Source: an uncultured Candidatus Saccharibacteria bacterium (lineage in GTDB: Bacteria > Patescibacteriota > Minisyncoccia > Phycocordibacterales > G965230995). Taken from it: 64,000 nt of DNA. The first letter of the stretch is position 1. The number at the start of each line of letters is the position of its first letter. Made by a program: the position numbers and the translations under genes. Below the pieces are notes generated by a model that was not told the DNA's origin, ran no database searches, and saw only the letters and a program-made list of their open reading frames with translations. This document shows positions 18,215 through 26,891 of this stretch, in pieces. The DNA is taken from NCBI GenBank assembly GCA_965230995.1, contig OZ246398.1, positions 528,213-592,212 of the forward strand. The letters run 5' to 3'.

Positions 18215-20788
18215 ATGTCTAGTAAAATATTAAAAATAAATAAGGGTTCTGAATGGAGAAAGTGGGATTTACACCTACACTCTTTTTACACATCCATAAA
18301 TAATAAATTTTCGTCTTCTAGTGTTGATGATTATTTAAATAAAATTTCTAATGAAAATATTGAAGTTGTTGGATTAACTAACTATTTTAATTTTAGTGAT
18401 GACGACTGGAAGTTAAAAGAAAAATTGGAATCTAAAAACGTTGTTGTATTTTTGAATCTAGAACTACGATTAACTTACACTAATAAAGAAGATGATTGTT
18501 GTGATATACACATAATATTTTCAAATGATCTGACAAAGGAAAATATTAATACTTTTTTAACAAAATTAAACTGCTCAATATCTGGGTCACAAAAAACCCT
18601 TAGCACAATCACTACACAGGCAGATAAGACAAGTGCTGTAGTTGAGTTTTCTAAGATTATAGAAGTATTGAACGATCCAGCTGTATCTGAGCTAAAAAAT
18701 AAAATTCTTATAGGCATGCTTTCTCGAGGTAAAGGTAATTCGAGAAGCTCAAAAATGTACGCGTCTCTTACTAAAGATTGCAATTTTATAATTCATTCTT
18801 CTGAAAAAGTTAAGAATATTGATGATGATCTAAAATATTGGTCTGGGAATGATATCAAAAAACCCATAAAGAATAAAGCGTTATTTCAAAGTAGCGACGC
18901 ACATAGTATAGACGATATTGGTAAAAAATATTCTTGGGTTAAGGGTAACGCATGTTTTGAGACATTAAGGCAGTCAGTTGTAGACTATGAAAATAGAATT
19001 TTGATACAGGAAAGAAACCCTGCTGATAGTAAAAATGCCTCCCTTGAACTATTTATCGATAAAATAGAATATAAAGAAGGTAAAAAAACACACATTTTAT
19101 ATTTTAATAAAGACATAAATTCAATTATTGGTAAGAGAGGTGCTGGAAAATCTGTTTTGATTAAACACATAGCTTTTAATATCCTTGGGGGATCTTCTGT
19201 TAAAAAAATATCAAAACTTAATGATTTTAAAATATATTGGTGTGATGGTAAGTCTGAAAATAAATTTGTTGAATATATTCCACAAAATTATCTATCGTCA
19301 ATAACTTATGAAGATGGTGACAAATACGATAAACGCGACCAAGAACTTAGAACTCGATTATTTAATAACGAGCTATTTAAAAATGCCGACAAGACAAAAG
19401 TTGAGGCTATTAACTCCATAGAATTGAAAATTTATGAAAAAATAAAAGAATCTATAAGTCTACATAAACAAATAATTGAAACCAGTATCCAACTAAAACC
19501 ATTGGGAATTATTACAGATAAAGAAAAAGCTATAAAAACAAAGCAAGAGGAAATCAATAAAATTGGTAAAGTAAATATTAGTGATACAGATATTGAAAAT
19601 CAAAAAAAATATGTATCGGAAATAGAAATTTTGGAAAGAGAGATTAAACTTTTAACACAAGATGTTCAGATATTAGAAACTATAAAAAAAGATGGTGATT
19701 TAAGTTTTATCACTGTTGACGACGATGTGTTTTTGGGATTATCACAATCGACATTAGGTTTAATTAAAAAACAAATAAAAAAACTTTCTAGTAAAGAAAT
19801 TAAATCTTATTTAGAAAGTTTATTTGAGGAATTTAAAAATACAATTAATGAAAAGGAGAAAATAAGATTAACTACTGAAAATAATCTAAAGCCGATTAAT
19901 AAAAAACTACAGAAAAACAAAACGATAGAAAAAATACTAAAAGAAGTTAATAAACTTGAGAGTGATAGAAAAGAAATTGAAAATCTCAATAGATTTGTTA
20001 AGGATAGTAATAATAAAAAAGAAGTTTTGATCAATGAAATTGTTGATCTGTATTTATCCTTTAAAGACAAAATTGATGGCATTGTAAAATCTCTGAAAGA
20101 TAAATTTAATAGTTTTACTTTTATAACTTTTGATTTTACTGTTAGTTATAATACAGATTTATACAAAAAGGCGTTTTTTGATGTATATATCGACGCTCGA
20201 TCAGGCGAAAGATTTAGAAAGTTTATTGATGAGAAAAGAGATTTTAAAAAAGATGAAATATTAGAAATAGTTAATGATATTGTTTCTTGTTCGGATAAAG
20301 CAAAACTTAAAACTACAGGCGGAGATATGGAAAGTGCTTTAGTCACTCTTTTAAGTTGTAAGTATGATATAGATTTTACTAAATCAGTTAAATATAAGGA
20401 CAATAAAACTCTTGTCGATTTTGAAAATATGACTGGAGGACAAAAAGCAATGGCATTACTTGATTTAATTTTTAATCTTTCAAAGGGTGGTTATCCTATA
20501 ATTATTGATCAACCAGAAAATGATATAGATGTTTCTGGAATTTCAAATGAGTTAAGGAAATTGATAATAGATCAAAAAGAAAAAAGACAGGTGATAATGG
20601 CAACACATAGTCCAAACTTACTTTTACTAACTGATTCTGAAAACGTGGTAGTAGCAGAAAACGAGAGTAATAATATTGAGTATCACAATGGAGGAATTGA
20701 GGATTCTAAAATTCAAAATGAAATTGTAACTATTCTTGAGGGTGGTAAAAATGCACTAATGAAAAGAATGGAGAAATTGAACATCTAG
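18215..20788 (+). CDS. Fusion of an N-terminal PHP-like phosphoesterase domain with a Rad50/SbcC/OLD-type ABC ATPase containing a long coiled-coil insert (857 aa); putative defence nuclease
   Basis: N-terminal WDLHLHSFYT and VVGLTNYFNF (PHP motifs I/II). Walker A GKRGAGKS at ~aa 305, Lys/Glu-rich coiled coil ~aa 420-720, then signature MTGGQKAMALLDL, Walker B PIIIDQPENDID and H-loop MATHSP. Confidence 0.55.
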   Translation: MSSKILKINKGSEWRKWDLHLHSFYTSINNKFSSSSVDDYLNKISNENIEVVGLTNYFNFSDDDWKLKEKLESKNVVVFLNLELRLTYTNKEDDCCDIHIIFSNDLTKENINTFLTKLNCSISGSQKTLSTITTQADKTSAVVEFSKIIEVLNDPAVSELKNKILIGMLSRGKGNSRSSKMYASLTKDCNFIIHSSEKVKNIDDDLKYWSGNDIKKPIKNKALFQSSDAHSIDDIGKKYSWVKGNACFETLRQSVVDYENRILIQERNPADSKNASLELFIDKIEYKEGKKTHILYFNKDINSIIGKRGAGKSVLIKHIAFNILGGSSVKKISKLNDFKIYWCDGKSENKFVEYIPQNYLSSITYEDGDKYDKRDQELRTRLFNNELFKNADKTKVEAINSIELKIYEKIKESISLHKQIIETSIQLKPLGIITDKEKAIKTKQEEINKIGKVNISDTDIENQKKYVSEIEILEREIKLLTQDVQILETIKKDGDLSFITVDDDVFLGLSQSTLGLIKKQIKKLSSKEIKSYLESLFEEFKNTINEKEKIRLTTENNLKPINKKLQKNKTIEKILKEVNKLESDRKEIENLNRFVKDSNNKKEVLINEIVDLYLSFKDKIDGIVKSLKDKFNSFTFITFDFTVSYNTDLYKKAFFDVYIDARSGERFRKFIDEKRDFKKDEILEIVNDIVSCSDKAKLKTTGGDMESALVTLLSCKYDIDFTKSVKYKDNKTLVDFENMTGGQKAMALLDLIFNLSKGGYPIIIDQPENDIDVSGISNELRKLIIDQKEKRQVIMATHSPNLLLLTDSENVVVAENESNNIEYHNGGIEDSKIQNEIVTILEGGKNALMKRMEKLNI

Positions 20789-20914
20789 GGAGCCTGCTCG
20801 CACCCATCTTGCCCTTGCGGGCTTGGTTTATGTACATACAAACGGGGATGGTGGGCCAGTGTGCAATACGAATTTGATTCGTTTCACCTATTGTGAGAGT
20901 GTTTGTGGCTTTCA

Positions 20915-21580
20915 TTAAACCCACTTAACCCCTTTCTTCCCAACGCTCACCAAATAATCATTAGTTTTGCTGAAATGCTTACAGCCGAAAAAGCCACTAT
21001 ATGCAGAAAATGGTGATGGATGTGGAGCCTCTAATATTAAATGTTTTTTGGAATCAATTAGTCCCTTTTTATTTCTCGCATAGTTTCCCCACAAAATGAA
21101 AACAACATTTTCTTTTTTATCTGAAATAGTTTTGATTATGCTATCAGTAAAAATCTCCCAGCCTTTGTTTTGATGTGACCCGGCAATTCCAGCTCGCACT
21201 GTTAGTGTTGCATTTAAAAGCAAAACACCTTGTTTTGACCAGTGTTCTAGATTTCCATTATTAGGAATTTCTCCTCCTATATCATTTACTATTTCCTTGT
21301 AAATATTTTTTAATGATGGGGGAATTGGAATATTTTCAGGTACAGAAAAACACAAACCGTGAGCTTGGTTTGGTCCGTGATATGGGTCTTGTCCTAATAT
21401 AACTACAGAGACGTTATCGAATGGGCAGAATCTGAAAGCATTAAAAACAAATTTTGGTGGCGGATATATTTTTGTCGAAAGATATTCATTTCTGACAAAA
21501 ACCGAAAGTTCCTTCCAATATGGCTTTTGGAATTCGTTTTCTAGCGCGTTTTTCCAGCTTTCTTCGATATCGATTTTCAT
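20915..21580 (-). CDS. ung: Uracil-DNA glycosylase (family 1)
   Basis: GQDPYHGPNQAHGLCFSV and HPSPFSA motifs. Confidence 0.85.
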   Translation of the reverse strand: MKIDIEESWKNALENEFQKPYWKELSVFVRNEYLSTKIYPPPKFVFNAFRFCPFDNVSVVILGQDPYHGPNQAHGLCFSVPENIPIPPSLKNIYKEIVNDIGGEIPNNGNLEHWSKQGVLLLNATLTVRAGIAGSHQNKGWEIFTDSIIKTISDKKENVVFILWGNYARNKKGLIDSKKHLILEAPHPSPFSAYSGFFGCKHFSKTNDYLVSVGKKGVKWV

Positions 21581-21633
21581 AAGATTATTTTATTGTATAG
21601 CAAAAGGAAAATAAAATCTGCTAGAATATATAA

Positions 21634-21966
21634 GTGAACGAAATAACTACAATTGAACAGTGGGATAAATTACTAAAGGATTCCTACAAAAAATCAATAA
21701 TTTTATATAAACACAGCGACAATTGTCATGTTTGTGTAGAAAGTCAGAAAGAACTAGAAAATGGAATCTCGAATGGAAAGATAAAAGAAAAAGTAAACAA
21801 AATTTTAGTACCAAAATATAGAGAAATTGCTGATCAAATATCACAAGATTTATCTTTGGAACACGAATCTCCACAGCTCGTTATTGTAAAAGAAGGGCAG
21901 GTTTTATATTTTGCCAATCATCTTGATATTAATTCTGATGATATTGCTCTTTATATGAATCAATGA
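21634..21966 (+). CDS. YtxJ-like thioredoxin-fold protein (DUF2847 / bacillithiol-system type)
   Basis: LYKHSDNCHVC and EHESPQLVIVKEGQVLYFANH closely mirror B. subtilis YtxJ (FLKHSTTCPIS... KHESPQIFLIKNGEVVWH), recalled from memory. Confidence 0.6.
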   Translation: MNEITTIEQWDKLLKDSYKKSIILYKHSDNCHVCVESQKELENGISNGKIKEKVNKILVPKYREIADQISQDLSLEHESPQLVIVKEGQVLYFANHLDINSDDIALYMNQ

Positions 21967-21984
21967 AATTGATATAATAGTTTT

Positions 21985-22239
21985 ATGGAAAAAACTAGAG
22001 TGCAAGAAATAATTAATAATATTCCTGAAATTTTGAATCCAACATTTCTTTGGATTATATTTGGTTTAGCGGTGGTTATTACAGCAATATTTTCTATTGC
22101 TCTTTTGTATCATTGGAGAGAATATGCTTCTGTTCATCACAAGAAACTTGTTCTTGCAGAAAAAGTCTACTTGATAGTCACTATTGTTTTGCTAATTACA
22201 TCACTCAGTACTCTTATTATTTATGTAAACTCACTATGA
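21985..22239 (+). CDS. Small two-TM membrane protein (84 aa)
   Basis: Two hydrophobic helices; stop overlaps the next gene's start (ATGA), suggesting translational coupling. Confidence 0.35.
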   Translation: MEKTRVQEIINNIPEILNPTFLWIIFGLAVVITAIFSIALLYHWREYASVHHKKLVLAEKVYLIVTIVLLITSLSTLIIYVNSL

Positions 22240-22772
22240 TGTTACCAATTGAACAGGACGAAAAAGTGGTTTATGAACTGAGACGACATTGGTTTGATAT
22301 TGTTTTGGTTGCGATATTCCTGCTTGCCATTTCTATCCTTCCAGCAATTTTTATTATATCTCTCGTAACATCTGGCAGCATCACTCTGCCGGTCAATCTT
22401 GATATTTTGCTGATTTTTCTTTTGTCTATTTGGGTTTTGTTTTTGTGGGTTACTTTTGCAATCAGGTGGACTGATTACTATCTCGATACTTGGATCGTTA
22501 CAAACAAGAGAATAATAGATATAGACCAGCAAGGGCTATTTAGACGCGATATTGCTACAGTTAGAATTGAAAATATCCAAGACGTAAAGGTAAAAGTATT
22601 TGGTATTATTCCGACTCTGATAAAGCTCGGTGATATACACTTGCAGACATCTGGAGAATCAAGAGAATTTGAACTATCTAGAGCTCACAATCCAGAACAA
22701 GCCAAACAAGAAATTCAAAAGTTGATGGACGAAAAAGCAAACGAAGTAAAGACAGTAAAGATGCAATCCTAA
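22236..22772 (+). CDS. Bacterial PH-domain membrane protein (bPH_2, YdbS/YdbT-like)
   Basis: Two TM helices then TDYYLDTWIVTNKRIIDIDQQGLFRRDIATVRIENIQDV. Real start at the Met at 22236; the upstream Cys-rich extension of the tracked ORF looks non-coding. Confidence 0.6.
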   Translation: MMLPIEQDEKVVYELRRHWFDIVLVAIFLLAISILPAIFIISLVTSGSITLPVNLDILLIFLLSIWVLFLWVTFAIRWTDYYLDTWIVTNKRIIDIDQQGLFRRDIATVRIENIQDVKVKVFGIIPTLIKLGDIHLQTSGESREFELSRAHNPEQAKQEIQKLMDEKANEVKTVKMQS

Positions 22773-22815
22773 TTGCTCGTGGTACAATATTTCTATTAGA
22801 AGTAATAAAAAATAA

Positions 22816-23379
22816 ATGATAAAGATAAACGAAACCGTGCCTGATTTTTCGACTAGGGCATATCACAATGGAAAATTTACGGATATAAAGCTTTCAGATT
22901 ACAAAGGCAAATGGGTAGCTGTTGTTTTTTATCCTGCTGATTTTACTTTTGTTTGTCCAACAGAACTTGAAGATTTGCAAAATTATTATGAAGAATTTAA
23001 AAAGGCTGGAGCCGAAATACTTTCAGTTTCAAAAGATACTGAATTTGTTCATAAGGCATGGCACGATAATTCGCCTGCGATAGGAAAAATTACATATCCT
23101 ATGCTTGCAGATCCAACTGGAAAATTATGTAAACTCTTTGGTACGTATATCGAGGATGATGGTCTCTCGCTACGCGGTACATTTTTGATTGATCCAAACG
23201 GAATTTTGAAAACAATAGAAATTCACGATAACAGTATCGGAAGGAACGCAAAAGAATTACTTCGAAAAGTCCAAGCGGCAAAATTTGTATCAGAAAATGA
23301 TGGGCAAGTCTGTCCAGCTAGCTGGGAACCTGGAAAAGACACCCTCACACCAGGTGAAGATTTGGTAGGGAAGATTTAA
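22816..23379 (+). CDS. 2-Cys peroxiredoxin (AhpC/Tsa family)
   Basis: FTFVCPTEL peroxidatic-cysteine motif and resolving Cys in VCPA near the C-terminus. Confidence 0.85.
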   Translation: MIKINETVPDFSTRAYHNGKFTDIKLSDYKGKWVAVVFYPADFTFVCPTELEDLQNYYEEFKKAGAEILSVSKDTEFVHKAWHDNSPAIGKITYPMLADPTGKLCKLFGTYIEDDGLSLRGTFLIDPNGILKTIEIHDNSIGRNAKELLRKVQAAKFVSENDGQVCPASWEPGKDTLTPGEDLVGKI

Positions 23380-23391
23380 AAAATAATAAAA

Positions 23392-23426
23392 CAGCACGGA
23401 TGCCTTCGGCATCCGTGCTGTTTTAT
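23392..23426 (+). terminator. Rho-independent terminator (CAGCACGGATGCC-ttcg-GGCATCCGTGCTG + TTTTAT)
   Basis: 13-bp GC-rich stem with UUCG loop and a T-run. Confidence 0.65.
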
Positions 23427-23555
23427 GTGTGGATAAAAATTTGACAATACCGATAAAAATTGTAGCATTAATCAGATGACCGCCACTGTGTGACGGTCTG
23501 ACACCTTCGGGTGTCGCATTATTTCCAACGGTGTGTTAGTGAAGGAGTTAGTCTT

Positions 23556-23798
23556 ATGGCTGACCAGCACCAGGGCCTGAGGAAGCGTATCAAGGAGATC
23601 CTCAAGGGCCAAAAGGTGGACATCAACACCGTGAACAGGGTGATGAAGCCGTTTGAGAACGGCGACATCAACGGCGGCATTTCGATGGCGAAGCGGTTGC
23701 TTCCTCCCGTTGTCTCGCAGGCGATCGAGAGGGCGGTCTCTGACCGGTTCAATCGCCGGGAAGTCACTACCAAGTTCCGGCTCGCGGACGCCTCGTAG
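23556..23798 (+). CDS. Hypothetical 80-aa protein encoded in a GC-rich insert (foreign codon usage)
   Basis: Strong SD GAAGGAG (23541-23547) 8 nt before ATG; MADQHQGLRKRIKEILKGQKVDINTVNRVMKPFENGDINGG...; G/C-ending codons throughout, unlike all neighbouring genes. Confidence 0.4.
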   Translation: MADQHQGLRKRIKEILKGQKVDINTVNRVMKPFENGDINGGISMAKRLLPPVVSQAIERAVSDRFNRREVTTKFRLADAS

Positions 23799-23959
23799 TC
23801 GGCAAGTTTCCAGCGGGTTCCCACCTTCTAGCCAAGGGTGGGGCCCGCAGCTAGTCCGTAGTTCTTTTTTGTTCATTTGTAATGTTGAGGGCGGTACTAT
23901 GGTTTCCATAGGCCGCTTTGTTTGTTTATAAAATCAACATGTTAAGATATAATCACAAT

Positions 23960-25369
23960 ATGAACAACATTTTACCGACGACTTTTATAATAATGGGTGT
24001 TACTGGAGATTTGGCAAAAAACAAACTACTCCCTGCTCTCGCTGACTTGTCGGTAAAGAATCTATTACCAAAAGATTTTAGAATCGTTGGCTTTTCCAGA
24101 AGAGAAATGTCCCCTGATGAATATAGTAATTTTGTAAAAGAGTCTCTTGATAAAAAACAGAAATATTCAGACAAACAGATTTCTGATTTTATCGAACGCA
24201 CAGAATATGTTCGTGGGGATTTCAGTAGTCTAGAAAGTTTTAAAAATCTAAAGGCAAGAGTGACAGAAATAGATAATGAAAGAGGTGTTTGCGGTAATAA
24301 AATGATATATCTTTCTGTACCGCCTTCACTTTACGAAACCTTGTTTGAAAATATTTCAAAATCAGGATTATCAAAACCTTGTGGTGGCGAAAATGACTGG
24401 GCGAGAATTCTTGTTGAAAAGCCATTTGGAAACAATACAGAAACTGCAAAAAAATTAGAAGAAAAGCTTTCTGCAAATTTTAAAGAAGAACAGATTTTTA
24501 GAATTGACCATTATCTTGCAAAAGAAGTTTTGCAAAATATTTTGACATTTAGGTTCAGTAACACAATGTTTGAACCTTTGTGGAATAAAAAACACATAAA
24601 ATCAGTCCATATACATTTCTTTGAATCTGGTGATGTATCAAAAAGGGGAACATTTTATGATTCGATCGGGGCTCTTCGTGATGTGGGGCAAAATCATATG
24701 CTTCAAATGCTTGCGCTCATAGCAATGGAAAAACCAAAAAATTTCATCTGCGCTGATATACGAAAAGAAAGGGCTAAAGCTCTTTCAAAATTAAAGATAA
24801 ATGGTAGTGAATTTCTTCGGGGGAGATATGTTGGTTATACAAGCGAAGATGGAGTGTCACCAGAATCACAAACAGAAACATTTTTCAGTCTTAAAACCTA
24901 TGTAGATAATTCTAGATGGAAAAATGTGCCGTTTTTCCTTGTGAGCGGAAAAGCGTTAAAAGAATCTAGAGTTGAGATAAAAATACGTTTTATCGATCCA
25001 GATCCTTCTTCTGTTCTTCCGATTGAATATCCAGACCAGGAACAAAATACTCTAACTTTTAGAATACAGCCTCACGAAGGAATCGGTCTTTTGTTTTGGT
25101 TTAGGGTGCCTGGCTTTGGTTCAAAAATCGAACCTCAAACATTAAAATTCAATTATGCAGATAGTGAGAGCTCGCGAGTGATCCCAGATGCTTATGAAAA
25201 GGTTCTCTATGACTGTATATCCGGAGACCAGACTCTTTTTGCAAGCAGTAAAGAGGTGGAGTTTTCATGGAAATATATTACAAAAATTATGGATCTATGG
25301 AAAAACTCTCCAATGATAGAATATGAAAAGGGAAGCGACCCGTTTTCTATCGGCAAGCAAAAAAAATAG
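23960..25369 (+). CDS. zwf: Glucose-6-phosphate 1-dehydrogenase
   Basis: NADP-binding IMGVTGDLAKNKLLPAL and active-site RIDHYLAKE; start at MNNILP (23960). Confidence 0.85.
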   Translation: MNNILPTTFIIMGVTGDLAKNKLLPALADLSVKNLLPKDFRIVGFSRREMSPDEYSNFVKESLDKKQKYSDKQISDFIERTEYVRGDFSSLESFKNLKARVTEIDNERGVCGNKMIYLSVPPSLYETLFENISKSGLSKPCGGENDWARILVEKPFGNNTETAKKLEEKLSANFKEEQIFRIDHYLAKEVLQNILTFRFSNTMFEPLWNKKHIKSVHIHFFESGDVSKRGTFYDSIGALRDVGQNHMLQMLALIAMEKPKNFICADIRKERAKALSKLKINGSEFLRGRYVGYTSEDGVSPESQTETFFSLKTYVDNSRWKNVPFFLVSGKALKESRVEIKIRFIDPDPSSVLPIEYPDQEQNTLTFRIQPHEGIGLLFWFRVPGFGSKIEPQTLKFNYADSESSRVIPDAYEKVLYDCISGDQTLFASSKEVEFSWKYITKIMDLWKNSPMIEYEKGSDPFSIGKQKK

Positions 25370-25411
25370 GATATGCTATAATACTGCCGTTATACATAAA
25401 AGAAAAAAACA

Positions 25412-25642
25412 ATGTCACTCAAAACTTTTTTGATGAAGAAGATGATAAAGAGCAAGATGAAAGGAGTTCCAGATGAACAGATAGACAAAATCCTAGAGGT
25501 TATCGACAAAAATCCTGATTTTTTCAAAAAAATTGCAAGCGAAATTGAACACGAAACTAAAAACGGTAAAAATCAGCAAGCCGCAACAATGGAAGTAATG
25601 CGAAAATACCAGGGAGAAATCCAAAAAATGATGCAAGGATAA
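25412..25642 (+). CDS. Small hypothetical protein (76 aa, Lys-rich)
   Basis: ORF only, followed by a terminator hairpin; no motif. Confidence 0.3.
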   Translation: MSLKTFLMKKMIKSKMKGVPDEQIDKILEVIDKNPDFFKKIASEIEHETKNGKNQQAATMEVMRKYQGEIQKMMQG

Positions 25643-25649
25643 AGAAAAC

Positions 25650-25674
25650 AAAAACGCCCAAGGGCGTTTTTGTT
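25650..25674 (+). terminator. Rho-independent terminator (AAAACGCCC-aag-GGCGTTTTTG)
   Basis: Stem-loop plus T-run read directly. Confidence 0.5.
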
Positions 25675-25690
25675 ATGATATAATCCGCAT

Positions 25691-26851
25691 ATGAAAAGAT
25701 CGGTATATCTGGATAATTCGGCAACAACACCCGTTTCAAAGGATGTATTTAATGCTATGAAGCCGTATTTTGTAGAATCATTTGGTAACCCTTCGGCAAT
25801 GTATGAAATAGGAAGAAAAAACAAAGATGCGATCGAGAATTCTAGAAATAAAATAGCTAATCTCATTAATGCGAACAAATCAGAGATTATATTTACAAGT
25901 GGCGGAACAGAATCAGATAACCTTGCTATTTTAGGAATTGCTAGAGCAAACAGAGATATTGGCAACCATATAATCGTCTCGAGTATAGAGCACAAAGCCA
26001 TAATCGACCCTTGCAAAAAATTATCCAAAGAAGGTTTTGAGATTACATATCTAAAAGTCGACTCAAATGGAAATATCTCACTTGAAGACCTAGAAAAAAA
26101 TATTAGGCATGACACGATTTTGGTTTCTATTATGTCTGCCAATAATGAAATAGGTACAATTGCACAGATAGAAAGAATTTCTCAAATTATTAAAAACAAA
26201 AATAAAAAAACTATATTTCATACTGATGCGTGCCAATATGCACCCTGGTATAAAATAGATGTTCTGAAAATGGGTGTAGATAGTCTAACCGCAAGTTCAT
26301 CTAAAATATACGGACCAAAAGGTGTTGGCTTTTTGTATTTAAAAACAGGCATTAAAATTGAACCAATAATTTTTGGTGGTGGTCAGGAGAGGAACATAAG
26401 ATCAGGAACAGAAAACGTCGCAGGTATTGTCGGTATGACAAAGGCTCTAGAGCTAATTTCAAAAAAACATAAAGATATTAAAAAAGTTTCTAAACTGCGA
26501 GATTATTTATTTAGTGAAATTACAAAAAATATTCAAGGTGTACATTTAAACGGCAGTCTGGAAAATAGGCTTCCAAATAACCTAAATGTTTCGTTTGAAG
26601 GTGTCGAGGGGGAATCTTTGGTGTTAATGCTAGATAATAGCGGAATATTTGTTTCTACAGGGTCTGCTTGTTCTTCTTCTGATCTAAATCCATCCCATGT
26701 CTTGCTTGCAATTGGTACGCCAATTGAATTAGCACATTGTAGTATAAGATTTTCGCTTGGATATGATACAAAAAAATCTGATATTGATTATGCTGTTTCT
26801 TGTCTAACAAAATCAGTTGAAAAGATTAGAAAAATGTCTTCTCTAAAATAG
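25691..26851 (+). CDS. Cysteine desulfurase (IscS/NifS class V aminotransferase)
   Basis: PLP-lysine region SSSKIYGPKGVGFLYLK and active-site loop STGSACSS. Confidence 0.8.
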   Translation: MKRSVYLDNSATTPVSKDVFNAMKPYFVESFGNPSAMYEIGRKNKDAIENSRNKIANLINANKSEIIFTSGGTESDNLAILGIARANRDIGNHIIVSSIEHKAIIDPCKKLSKEGFEITYLKVDSNGNISLEDLEKNIRHDTILVSIMSANNEIGTIAQIERISQIIKNKNKKTIFHTDACQYAPWYKIDVLKMGVDSLTASSSKIYGPKGVGFLYLKTGIKIEPIIFGGGQERNIRSGTENVAGIVGMTKALELISKKHKDIKKVSKLRDYLFSEITKNIQGVHLNGSLENRLPNNLNVSFEGVEGESLVLMLDNSGIFVSTGSACSSSDLNPSHVLLAIGTPIELAHCSIRFSLGYDTKKSDIDYAVSCLTKSVEKIRKMSSLK

Positions 26852-26891
26852 CTATTTACACTTTTACAATTTACCTTTAATCTTACAAAAT

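Noticed and set aside
22050-22235. N-terminal 62 codons of the tracked ORF 22050-22772
   Set aside because: Cys/Tyr-rich sequence overlapping the preceding small membrane gene in another frame; the bPH protein starts at the Met at 22236.
23470-23930. Possibility that the GC-rich island is tmRNA, RNase P RNA or SRP RNA
   Set aside because: By eye there is no 3' CCACCA/tRNA-like end, no tag-peptide frame ending AA-stop, no GAAAGTCCGGGCTCC-type P4 motif and no SRP domain-IV motif. Kept only as a check in the finding.
23472-23931. Antisense and alternative-frame ORFs inside the GC-rich insert (23472-23909 -, 23519-23824 -, 23653-23931 +)
   Set aside because: GC-rich DNA yields long spurious ORFs in every frame. 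They are Arg/Pro-rich and lack an RBS. Only the MADQ... frame has a canonical SD and coherent sequence.
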